This document shows positions 40,436 to 64,000 of a stretch of 64,000 nucleotides of DNA, piece after piece. The stretch is from positions 4,162,639 to 4,226,638 of the forward strand of contig CAVNZM010000011.1 in assembly GCA_963693365.1 (NCBI GenBank), written 5' to 3'. Origin of the DNA: Amoebidium appalachense (taxonomy: Eukaryota; Protista; Ichthyosporea). A program made the position numbers and the translations under genes. The stretch's first letter is position 1; each line of letters opens with the position of its first letter. A model generated the notes under the pieces. It was not told the origin of the DNA, did no database searches, and was given only the letters and a program-made list of their open reading frames with translations.

Positions 40436-41749
40436 CTAAACAGCCGATAATTTTTCATGCGCCTGTGCTAACGCCAGTGCACCAAGAAAATGGCGGAATA
40501 TACGCGAAAGATTCGGTTCTGACACATCCACCAGCCGACTCAATAGTTGGAAGGATGTGCCGTGGCGGAGGCGAAAAAGTGTAAAAAGACATCCATCATG
40601 CCATATTATTTCCTTTCCTGTTTTGGTTTTAAAATCATTCATGTTTATAGTTGATTGGCCAATAAAAGCAACAATTTCCAGCACTCCCATGAGAGCATCA
40701 AAACTATCCAACCCCGTGTATGTTTTCACCACATCATCTCTAGCCTTCCCTTCCTCTTCCGCCACTATGTCCTCCATGCATATTCTTTTCTGGTTTTGTA
40801 GTAATTCCTCCCTCGCTTGATCAAGCGCTTGTTCGAGCTCCTTCTTCTCCAATCTTTGTTTCTTCTCATTTTCCTCCAATTGCTTCGTAGCTATCTCAAG
40901 TTCGATTTGCATTTTCTCCGCCTGCTCCTTATAGAAAGCTCTTGAACGTTCCAGGACATTCACATAATCCTCTACATCCATCCCTTCCTCACCTGCCTTC
41001 GACTCTAGATAGTCAAATGTCCTTTCACGCACATGTTCCCTCCTTCTTTTCGCTCGTTCACTGTCCTCTGCTTCTTCACTGCTCGTCTCCCCCCGCTCCG
41101 GATCCCTCGCTCGTTTCCGTGTTTGCTCAATATCTGAGGCATCCATTCCTACAGCTTGCATATGACTATTGGCCCTTTCCTCCCTCAATAGCTGTACCTT
41201 CTCTCTGTACATCGGGTCTAGTTCCATTCGGATGGGACATGCATCCTTTGTTAATTTCAGTTTTCCATTCTTAGCAGTAATATCATCATCGGTGAAATGT
41301 GCCTCGCATACAACCAGTTGCTTAAGGATAGCCAGTGGCCAGGGGACTTCCACCTTCGGTTGCCCCCGTTTCCTCTTTGGTTGTGGTTCTTGTGCCGACT
41401 GCTCAGCTGGCACAGCCGAGTCATTGGCATTTTCGGATTGTGTGTCAGCTGTGTGTGTCTCAGTAGTGGTTGTGTCTGTATTTACGTCTGTCCCATCCGA
41501 GGCCTTTGGCCTTGTGTCTGTGTGTGTGTCTGGGTCGGGGGGTGCTTGCTTTGTGTGTTCTGCTATTTGTTTCCGCTCATACTTTGTTTGCTCCTGCCTG
41601 CCTATAGCATTTAACCAAGCATGCCTCCTAGCCAATACATTTGGTTTGTATCCATATGGAACAGTAAAAAGCTTTATCTTCCTGGTAGGATCTTTGGGAG
41701 AGACTGTTTCTTCGTCATTTTTGCAGTAGTTAGCCGCGCAAGTTGGCAT
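40436..41749 (-). CDS. THAP zinc finger + coiled coil + HTH_Tnp_4-type transposase N-terminal half (DDE domain missing)
   Basis: CAANYC...LFTVP...RRHAWLNAI.R [~80-aa insert] VVCEAHFT.DD...L...ACP is a C2CH THAP. YTGL.SF..L...CLFTLFRLRHG.SFQLLS.L.DVSEPNLSRIF..FL..L is the HTH typical of ISL2EU/Harbinger-related transposases. No DDE_Tnp_4 motifs were found downstream. Confidence 0.85.
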   Translation of the reverse strand: MPTCAANYCKNDEETVSPKDPTRKIKLFTVPYGYKPNVLARRHAWLNAIGRQEQTKYERKQIAEHTKQAPPDPDTHTDTRPKASDGTDVNTDTTTTETHTADTQSENANDSAVPAEQSAQEPQPKRKRGQPKVEVPWPLAILKQLVVCEAHFTDDDITAKNGKLKLTKDACPIRMELDPMYREKVQLLREERANSHMQAVGMDASDIEQTRKRARDPERGETSSEEAEDSERAKRRREHVRERTFDYLESKAGEEGMDVEDYVNVLERSRAFYKEQAEKMQIELEIATKQLEENEKKQRLEKKELEQALDQAREELLQNQKRICMEDIVAEEEGKARDDVVKTYTGLDSFDALMGVLEIVAFIGQSTINMNDFKTKTGKEIIWHDGCLFTLFRLRHGTSFQLLSRLVDVSEPNLSRIFRHFLGALALAQAHEKLSAV

Positions 41750-42222
41750 TGTGAGTGCCTAACATATATAGTTAGAAAACAACCCGCCTTCATGAAAAAT
41801 GTGCAGCGCAGTTTTGTCCGGACACGTGTGTGGCATGCCGTGTGTACATGGTATAGCTCGGCCACACGATCTTAGGTGCCCAATAGGCAGATCAAGCCCA
41901 CTCAATCCAGATAGATATCGATCTGAGCGGCGCCAGAAAGTATTCGAGCCGCGCGATCCCGTATCCCTTAATTTATTTCCTGATGATTCTTAACTTTTTC
42001 ATTACCACTACTATCAATTGAGCCGTACTATATCAGCCCGTCATGTACTAGGCACAGACGGGCGAAACATGTGGAACGTTTTAAGTGTTGGTCAATGATG
42101 GTATGGACTTAGCAGCTAATATCAAATGCTGAGATGATCATATTTGTTGAGAACACCCGGGCCTGGGGGTTTTTGATCGTCTGAAGCTTGGAGCCTGGCA
42201 GGCCGGCAGGCGCGCCGGGGAA

Positions 42223-42277
<55 letters not shown>

Positions 42278-42829
42278 TGGAACATGCCGTAGAAAGGAAG
42301 GGGGGGTGGGGAGGCCGGGAGGAGCCGAGGGGGGGGAGGGGGAAGGGGGGCAGGGAGGGGGGGGGGGGGGGGGGGGGAGAAGAGGGTTTGCATGGACGTG
42401 AACCTAGGCCAATCATCTCTCAAGACACTGGGAGGGGAGGCCTGGTCGATGGGTAACCTCCGAACCCTCCCCCCCCCCCCCCCCCCCCCCCCCCTCCCCC
42501 CCTCCACACACACACACCCTCCCTTCCTCTCCCTCCTAGTATACACTTCCCTACATTGGATTTAAACCTCAAAAGGCCTAGGTTGCTCACTGATCGTTTT
42601 TGACCCAATTATTTTGTCCATGGTATGGTACCCCCCTCCCCCCTCCCCCGGCCCCCCTTCCCCACCACCACCACCACCATCCAAGTGTTCATGGTTCAGA
42701 TGCAAAAGTTATATTGCTGCATGTTAGCTCCCCCTCCTCTGCCCTTTCTCCTTTCTCGGTTGCCCCTACTACATAATAATCGCTCTTCTCTCTATATAGG
42801 CCAAAGTGCACGTAAAGAGAGAATAAACG

Positions 42830-42866
<37 letters not shown>

Positions 42867-42906
42867 AGCCTCTCTCTTCTCTCTCTCTCTCTCTCTCAGA
42901 GCCTCT

Positions 42907-42997
<91 letters not shown>

Positions 42998-43074
42998 CTA
43001 TCTCTCTATCTATCTATCTATCTATCTAACTATCTATCTCTCTCTCCCTCCCCCCCCCCCCCCCCCCCCCCCCC

Positions 43075-43105
<31 letters not shown>

Positions 43106-43139
43106 CTCTCAGGCTCTGCTTCTCCCCCCCCCCCCTCCC

Positions 43140-43170
<31 letters not shown>

Positions 43171-43442
43171 ACTTTTCTCTGGCTTGCTCGCTCTCCCCGC
43201 GGGCCCTCCTTCTCTCTCTCTCCTCCTCCCCGAGAAAAAAAAGAGAAAAGAACGAAGATAAAAGATGATAAAGGAGGGGAAACTTTTCAAATTCTGCAAT
43301 ACCTAGTCGCTGGTTTTAGATCTAGTGCCGCCGAATAACAATGGCTCTCGATTGTACATATGTCCGTCCCCCCCCCCCCCCCCCCCCCCACCCCATCTTA
43401 AACCTCTACTCCCGGTTTTTTTTTTTTTTTTTTTTTTGTGGT

Positions 43443-43486
<44 letters not shown>

Positions 43487-43929
43487 TCACTATCATCTAA
43501 GCCTTACGGTATCAGAGCTCAAGCCCCTAAAGTCAAAGATAATGCCCGGGGCATCCTTCAACGTGCTGTTTGGGTACTGCTGCCACAAAATATCTATTAT
43601 TAGCCTCCTGTTGTTTATAACACCCTACGTTTTCGGTATTCTCAATACCCCTTTCCGCAATCATTGATATATACAAAGGCCGTGTGGGTGGGTATGGGGT
43701 GGGTAGGGAGGGGAGGGCCAAGAGGTGGGGATGGTTCCTCGCAAAATGTACTGCAATACACAGTGATAAGTTAGTAATTCGCAACATCATATTTGCTAAT
43801 CCGAAATTACAGATGCGGTATTTAGGGACTTTTGTTTGTTCACGCTTGTCGGTGCTGAATAGAATACCAAATTCAACGTTTTCGTGTTTGCGACAATCTA
43901 GGGGTGTGGGCACAAAAGGTAAGGAAATG

Positions 43930-44387
43930 TGGGACCAAATACTCGACATATGTGTATATACAGATTTTATGTCTGTTTACTTTCGGAATCCTGTTGATCA
44001 CTCACCAACAGTGACTACTCAAAACATCCCCATCCCCCTCCTCTCTCCTGCTTCGTTCTGGCCTCGAGCTCGAGAGCTTTACGTAAATTACATTCCTCAT
44101 TCATACACAGAAGGCGGACGGGAAGAGAGGGACGAGGAAAACAATAATAGTGAACCGTCAAAACAAACTTTTACGTCAGGCGACGGGAAACATTCGACAT
44201 ACAATATTGCACCATGCCAAGGAGCGTAGTATGTAGAATCGATGGATTAAAAGAGTTAAGCTTTAACATAGATATTTAAGAATTAAACGGTGTCGAAGTG
44301 GCCATCCTGGTGGGGACTTGGGGAGGATCTCCTTCGGATTGCTCCTCTCCGTCTGAACACCTGAACCTGAGGGGGTGCGTCTGTGTG

Positions 44388-44421
<34 letters not shown>

Positions 44422-44484
44422 GCGTGCGCGTGTGCCACAGCCGCGGTGTGTGCGTATTTGTAAATGTGTGTATGGTTGGGGATG

Positions 44485-44568
<84 letters not shown>

Positions 44569-44931
44569 TCCTGTGGGTGCGAGAGTGAGTGGAGGTAAGT
44601 GGGCAGTATGTGTGTGTATGCACATGTGTGTCTAGTGTTTTGCTCTGTGTGTGTGCGTCCGATTTTGTGTATTGCACGTGAAGTGTTTGCACATGTATTT
44701 GTTTTCTCGACCTGTGTACGTGGATGTGTGTTGTGTATGTACGTGAATCCACGTGCACACGTACCCGCAGATTTGCGTGTGCGCGTACGTGTTGGGTGTG
44801 CAGTTTACACATTTGTGTCTCTCTTGCTCAGTGTGTGCGAAATATGGTTTTATCGTGCCTGCAAACGTGGTTGCGTCTGCCTGCCCATGTGCACACACCC
44901 TCCTCTCGTTTCTTTCACTCCATAAATCGCG
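43930..44931. repeat. ~1-kb dispersed direct repeat, copy B
   Basis: Matches 11838-12907. Confidence 0.95.
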
Positions 44932-45321
44932 GAATATCTGACGGTGATATGTTTCTATCATTTCCTAAATCATAGACACGTGTTGGATATATCTCACGCA
45001 ACACCAAGTCGTTCAGGACATCATATGGCAAAAAGCAGCAATTTCATGGGATCTTGTGGTAAGGAGGGTCCAACGTAAAGTTGGATGTGGAAGGGAATCA
45101 CGTGGCGGGCGGGGCCCGGGGGGGGGGGGGGGGGGGGAGGGGAAGGGGGGTGGGGGGGGTTCAATTACCTGGTGAGTCATCTTCATACACAGGAGTGGTG
45201 GTGCTGGTGGGAAGGTGGGGGCTGTGTTGAATGTGGGGTGACCCAGCACTGAGCGCCTGTTGTGTGTGTGTGTGTGTGTTCGCGCGTGCGTGTGTGTGTG
45301 TGTGCGCGCGCGCACACGCGC

Positions 45322-45385
<64 letters not shown>

Positions 45386-45678
45386 AGGCACACGTCCAAA
45401 AGAGAGTGAGGACCGGAAGGGTGGGCGGAGTGACAAAGCATAGGGAATGTTCAAGAATAAATGAATGATGCAACATCTTGCGTGCTGGTGACATTAAAAA
45501 TATGTGCATGTGTCGTGTGTACATGTGCCTGCTTCTGTGTGTAGTGGGGGAGCGCAGCTGTATGTATGTGGTTGCAAGCGGGGAAGTGCGAGTGTGGTGG
45601 GTGAGCTCGGGTAGAGAAAGGGAGGGGGGGGGGGGGGGGGGGGGCAGTTGGGGGGAGGGCAGTTGGGTGGGTGGAGGT

Positions 45679-45713
<35 letters not shown>

Positions 45714-45755
45714 GGGTTGGTGGTGGTGGTGGTGGGGGTGGTGGTATTATAGGGG

Positions 45756-45878
<123 letters not shown>

Positions 45879-47357
45879 GAGGGGGGGGGGAGGGGGGGGG
45901 GGGGGGGGGAGGGGCGAGGCATACCCTTCTGTGATTTGTCATTTTTTCAGTCGTCATGGCCGGAAGGGAGGATATGGATGTGAGAGGTGAGACATCCGGT
46001 TGCTTGACAGGAACCCCCCCCGTAGGCAAATTGTCTGATGGTGTCCCCTGGGATTGCCGCTTAGGGCCTGCTAGCTATGGGATAGTCTGGTGTGAAAATT
46101 GGGATAGTCTTGCGAAATTTGACAGTTTTGGATAACTTGGCTTAAAGTTTCGGGCAGCCTTTTAACCCCCTTTTGTTCGCCGATGCAGATTTGCATCAGT
46201 TCCAATCATATAGGCATCGTTGACTTGGAAATTATATAGCGCCTGTTGCGTTCGAGCCACGACGCCAGAAGTAGTACACAAACTTAGTGTATGTTTTTTT
46301 CTTCCAAAAAGCGCCAAAAACACCGGGCTTGATTATGTTTTTCTGTTTTTCGCGGGTCTTTTCTCTAAGCGTGTCTATTTTTTCATCGAGCAGCCCCCCA
46401 ATTTTCGAAGGCCGGCAGCAATAGAATGCCCGGGATCCATAGTTTCCAACCCTGGAATCGATCGGCTGATAAGTGCTTCAATCCGATTTGGTAAAATCTT
46501 TACGGGGACTCATATTATGCATACGTAACTTTATTGAACGGAACCCCGCCGCGACCGCCAAAACCAGTACAAAACACGTGCTCATAACACGTGCGGATGC
46601 TTAGAAACACGCTGTTTTTTTTTTTTTACAGCACACAAATAGAGACATGTATTCCTGTGTCTGTTAAATTTTGTCTCATTCGGCCGCTTCTACCTATGTG
46701 TTTGATAGGCTCAAATCTGGTCGATTTTGGGCTTCGGGAGAACAAAAGGGGGTTAAGAATGGATAGATGCGGGAAAGTTGGCTTTAAGATTGGGATTATT
46801 TGATAGCCGTGTGGAGATATTTGACAGCTGTGTGATTGTCTGATATGTATTTTTTTTTTTTTCAATTTGAGATGCAGTGTTCGAAAATTTCACAACGACT
46901 AGCTAATGCAGCTGCCTGTATTGGTCCCAGAGAAATGGCGGCAGTTCCTGTCACTAGGCAAAGGCTCAAGGGAAGAGAAGGGGAACCCGGGGCGAGGAGG
47001 GGGGAGGGGGGAGGGGCTGAAGGGGTGGGGGGAAGGGCAGGCCTTGGAGAAGGGGGGGGGGGGGGGGTGCTCCTGTATCTCTCCCCTGTGAAGCATATTC
47101 AAATAAATGTATGTGTGTGCCTGTGTGTGCGCATGCGTGTATGTGTGCAGCCCACCCTCTGTACTAACGAGAATATACTATTCAACCTACCTACCACACA
47201 ACCCCTCTTGACTCAAAATTTCAGCAGGGCAGGAACAAATAAAAAACCCCATGCAAATTGCAAGTGCAAGTGGCGTTACTACGAAGCTCACTAACTACGT
47301 GCACAAGGGGGAAGGGGGGGGGGGGAGGGGGGGAACCAATGAACATTGCATGAAATT

Positions 47358-56362
<9,005 letters not shown>

Positions 56363-56499
56363 CTGTTAACGCCCCACACGGTAAGCTGCTAAATTTTAAA
56401 CAACAACAAACAAAAAAAGACCCCCCCCCCCCCCCCTCCCCCCCCGCCCCTCCTCCATTCACAAAGAGCACTGTGTTTCGCTGTGCAGACCGATAGCAT

Positions 56500-61100
<4,601 letters not shown>

Positions 61101-62378
61101 GCTGAATCAAGAACGTCGATTTGCACCATATGTAATAGGATTGTGATGAAAAGAGCGTGGATGGTGTGCATGGGTAGGTGGGTGGTGGTAATGGTGATGT
61201 GTGTGTGGGGTGTGTGTATGTGTGTTTGTGTTTTGAAAAAAGAGGAAGGGGAAGGGGGCCAGCGGAGGGAGGAGGGGGGGGTGGATGGGGGCAGGGGGGC
61301 GGGAGGGGGGGTGGAGGGGAGAGAGGGGGATACTTGTCGATTTGGAGATGGAGCAGAACGGATGGGTCCCAACCCTCCAACCCAAAAAGGCCCTCTAGTG
61401 GAGTGTCATTGCCGCAGGGTGAGGCTGGCTGTGTCTGTGTCTGTGTGTGTGTGTGCGTGTGTGTGTGTTGAAGAAAAATTGTGTGTGTGTGTGTGTGTGT
61501 TGAAAAAGAAGTGTGTGTGTATGTGTGTGGAGTGTTGTGTTGTTGAAGAAGTGTGTGTGTGTGTGTGTGTGGACGCCAGGGGGGGGGAGGGGGGGGGGGT
61601 TCAGAATGTGGTGCCCAACGTCAAACACAAAGACCCTTAACGAAACGGTACAGGACACATCATATAGAAACGACCCAAAAAAGACGAGGGAAGAGACGCC
61701 GAGGCAGCGCAGGAGTGAGGAGTGGGCGGCGCGGGGGGGGGGTAGGTTCAACAATCACAGAAGATTACGGTCATTTAAAAAAGAAGGGAGGGTGTCCCCC
61801 CTGCCCCCCACCCCCCCCCCTTCCCCCCCCCCTCCCCACCCCACCGTTCCCCCGCCCTTTCTAAAGAAGAACAGAGCCCCTTCTAAAGAAGAACAGAAAA
61901 GCAAAAAGAGAATAACGGAAAAGGAAAACAACAAAATCCACAGGGAATATATCCATATGTGACCAAGACACAGTTGACCCCCCCCCCCCCCCCTCCCCCC
62001 CCCCCCCCCCCCCCCCCCCCCACACTCACCTCTCCGCCCCAACACACATACAAACGCACACACGCACACACGCACACACACACGCACACACACACACACA
62101 CACCCAACCTACCCGACCCCACCCAACTTCAACCAACCCAGTCCGACCAACCGCCGAAACCTGTTTTGCATCACCTATGCCTAGGCGCACTGTTATGCAT
62201 TAACCCACCAAGAAACTAGGGGGGTTGACACATGCTTGGGAACTGGTGAACCCACACTGCAAGTAAGTAGTTGAGGGGTAATGGGCTATTTGTATGCAAG
62301 AGAGGGGGGATTATGCATTAGAGAGTTGGATAAACGAAAGCATACTCAAACAGAGGCTGGCAAAAAATGAAAGCTGTT

Positions 62379-62418
<40 letters not shown>

Positions 62419-64000
62419 CACACGCACACACACACACATCCTGTGCGCACACAAATACTCGTGCACAAATTGCGATAGATGTGTCAATGCAATACTTGCA
62501 TCCCCACACGTAGCCCCTCGAGATCCAATTGTAAACACCCCCAAAAAGCGACCAGATTGGTTTCAGTGCAGACCACACAAGCTGTTATACAACCCGTAAT
62601 CACACGTACATACATAATACTACACTCAAACACTTCTAACGGCGCGAATTTACACGCGGATATACTCAAACATACACCGTTGCTGCAACAACACAGACAC
62701 AGGCTCACTCACCAACAAGCGAGACTAGGCACACCTACATGTGCACTAGCTTGTGGCATAGAGAGGGCAAAATGCAGCAGTTATAAAAGCTACAATAGCA
62801 CAAAAACAGGAAGAGAAAGGGTGCCTCCGCACGCACAGCCTCGCACTCAAAAGTAGAGATACTTGCAAACGCGCACAAATGCACACACACACACGTACAC
62901 ACAAAAGCGATATAGATGCACGTTGCCCTCACACACGTGTGAACACAAAATGCACACACACGGACACCTACCGTAAGTGTTTGGTTCGGAGGCATCTTCT
63001 TAGCACGGCTGCTCCGACCACCCGAAAACAAAGAGGTTTCCATCACAAGAAGGCATCGGCGTAAATAAAAGCATGCAAACAAAGGGAAAAAGTGCACTGC
63101 TATGTAAAACCAACAAGTATGATGGTCGGGCTTTACAACTTCTCCAACCGTTGAAAAATGTACATCAGATAATTAAAGCTATATGGTCAATGTGATGTTG
63201 GGAAATTTAAAAAACATGCCATTCACCCGATCGCTTGGAGCTCACCGAGAGGATTTATGCGGCACTCGGCATAACCAAGTTTTAAGAAAAACAGAATGAA
63301 GCTGAGGCATACGAACAATAAGTAAATAGTAACGTGAAAAACTGAGGGAGCCTGGGCAAGGAAAAACACAGCAACGCCTACGCAAGTATCATGTACCTAG
63401 GCCTATACATGTAGGGCACCCTGTAGATCCGAGGTATATTACAGTATAGCGCCTACCCCGTGAAGTTATGCTCTGTATAACTTATACCAACTGTGCAGCT
63501 ATACAATAAACAAATACAGCTTTTTTCGCGCAAGAAACTGGTAGTAGGGGATTGATACTATTGAATCCGCTATACTTTAACCTAGGATGCATTTTTATTT
63601 CAGATCTGACGGCGTATGGTGATTGGCCAAAGGGCTATAGTTCCTCCAATAGGAACGTGGAAACTTACCTCTTATACTCCTCCGGTCCGGCGAAAAAAAT
63701 TCAACCAGGCCGTTGCCTCCGCCAAAGCCGCTGATATGAGGTGAGAGTAATGAGTTGGAAAGGACATGCTCATTTGTGCTGTTGTAATTATACAGTTCAG
63801 TTTTCCAGATGCTAACTCTAGTTGGTGTCCTGAGAGGAACACCCGGGCAGGCTAGAAGTGTCTGGCAATAGTACAGCCTGTTGTTTGAAGCCTTGGGATA
63901 ACTGGACTTTCGAGAGACATACTACCCATAGTTATGATTATGATACTTTGAAATATGAGATCTTAATATTTATGCATTCATTTATTGCCACAATGTCTGA

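Larger units (their letters stand above)
38423..41967. mobile_element. TIR DNA transposon of ISL2EU/IS4EU (PIF-Harbinger-related) type with two convergent genes; internally deleted or decayed
   Basis: TTAA(38419-22)+GGGATACGGGATCG(38423-36) and CGATCCCGTATCCC(41954-67)+TTAA(41968-71) form a perfect 14-bp TIR. A second inverted block is CTTTCTGGCGCCGC(38461-74)/GCGGCGCCAGAAAG(41927-40). It encloses an Exo1/XPG-like gene (+) and a THAP-HTH transposase gene (-). Confidence 0.88.

Noticed and set aside
46062-46453. Possible hAT-like MITE (TAGGGCCTG... / ...TTCCAACCCTG)
   Set aside because: The TIR match is weak and there is no 8-bp target duplication.
62140-64000. Exon-like or promoter-like non-repetitive sequence at the window end
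   Set aside because: No consistent open frame or recognisable motif; it may hold the RasGEF 5' end but that cannot be supported.

Overview
Eukaryotic, intron-rich genomic DNA. It is full of (CA/GT)n, (CT)n, (CCCT)n and poly-C/poly-G tracts, so most ORFs in the supplied track are repeat artefacts. The gene set would fit a holozoan-type protist, but that is inference only. Host genes: the last two exons of a SIKE/FGFR1OP2-family gene; a frameshifted class C-like 7TM gene; a long, frameshifted multi-exon RING/B-box/coiled-coil gene, possibly ending in an SH2-like domain; an intact, intronless secreted protein with 28 EGF-like repeats between two copies of an uncharacterised domain; and a multi-exon RasGEF (CDC25-domain) gene. 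Mobile DNA: a TTAA-flanked piggyBac-like non-autonomous element that seems to carry a decayed copy of the first exon of its host gene; a CACTA-like non-autonomous element; a LINE 3' fragment; and two dispersed repeat families. The best candidate for an undescribed system is a 3.5-kb TIR-bounded DNA transposon (38423-41967). It carries a THAP + HTH_Tnp_4 (ISL2EU/IS4EU/Harbinger-type) transposase gene facing an Exo1/XPG-family 5' nuclease gene, in the position where ISL2EU elements normally have a YqaJ/lambda exonuclease. All calls come from reading and translating by eye; no searches were run.
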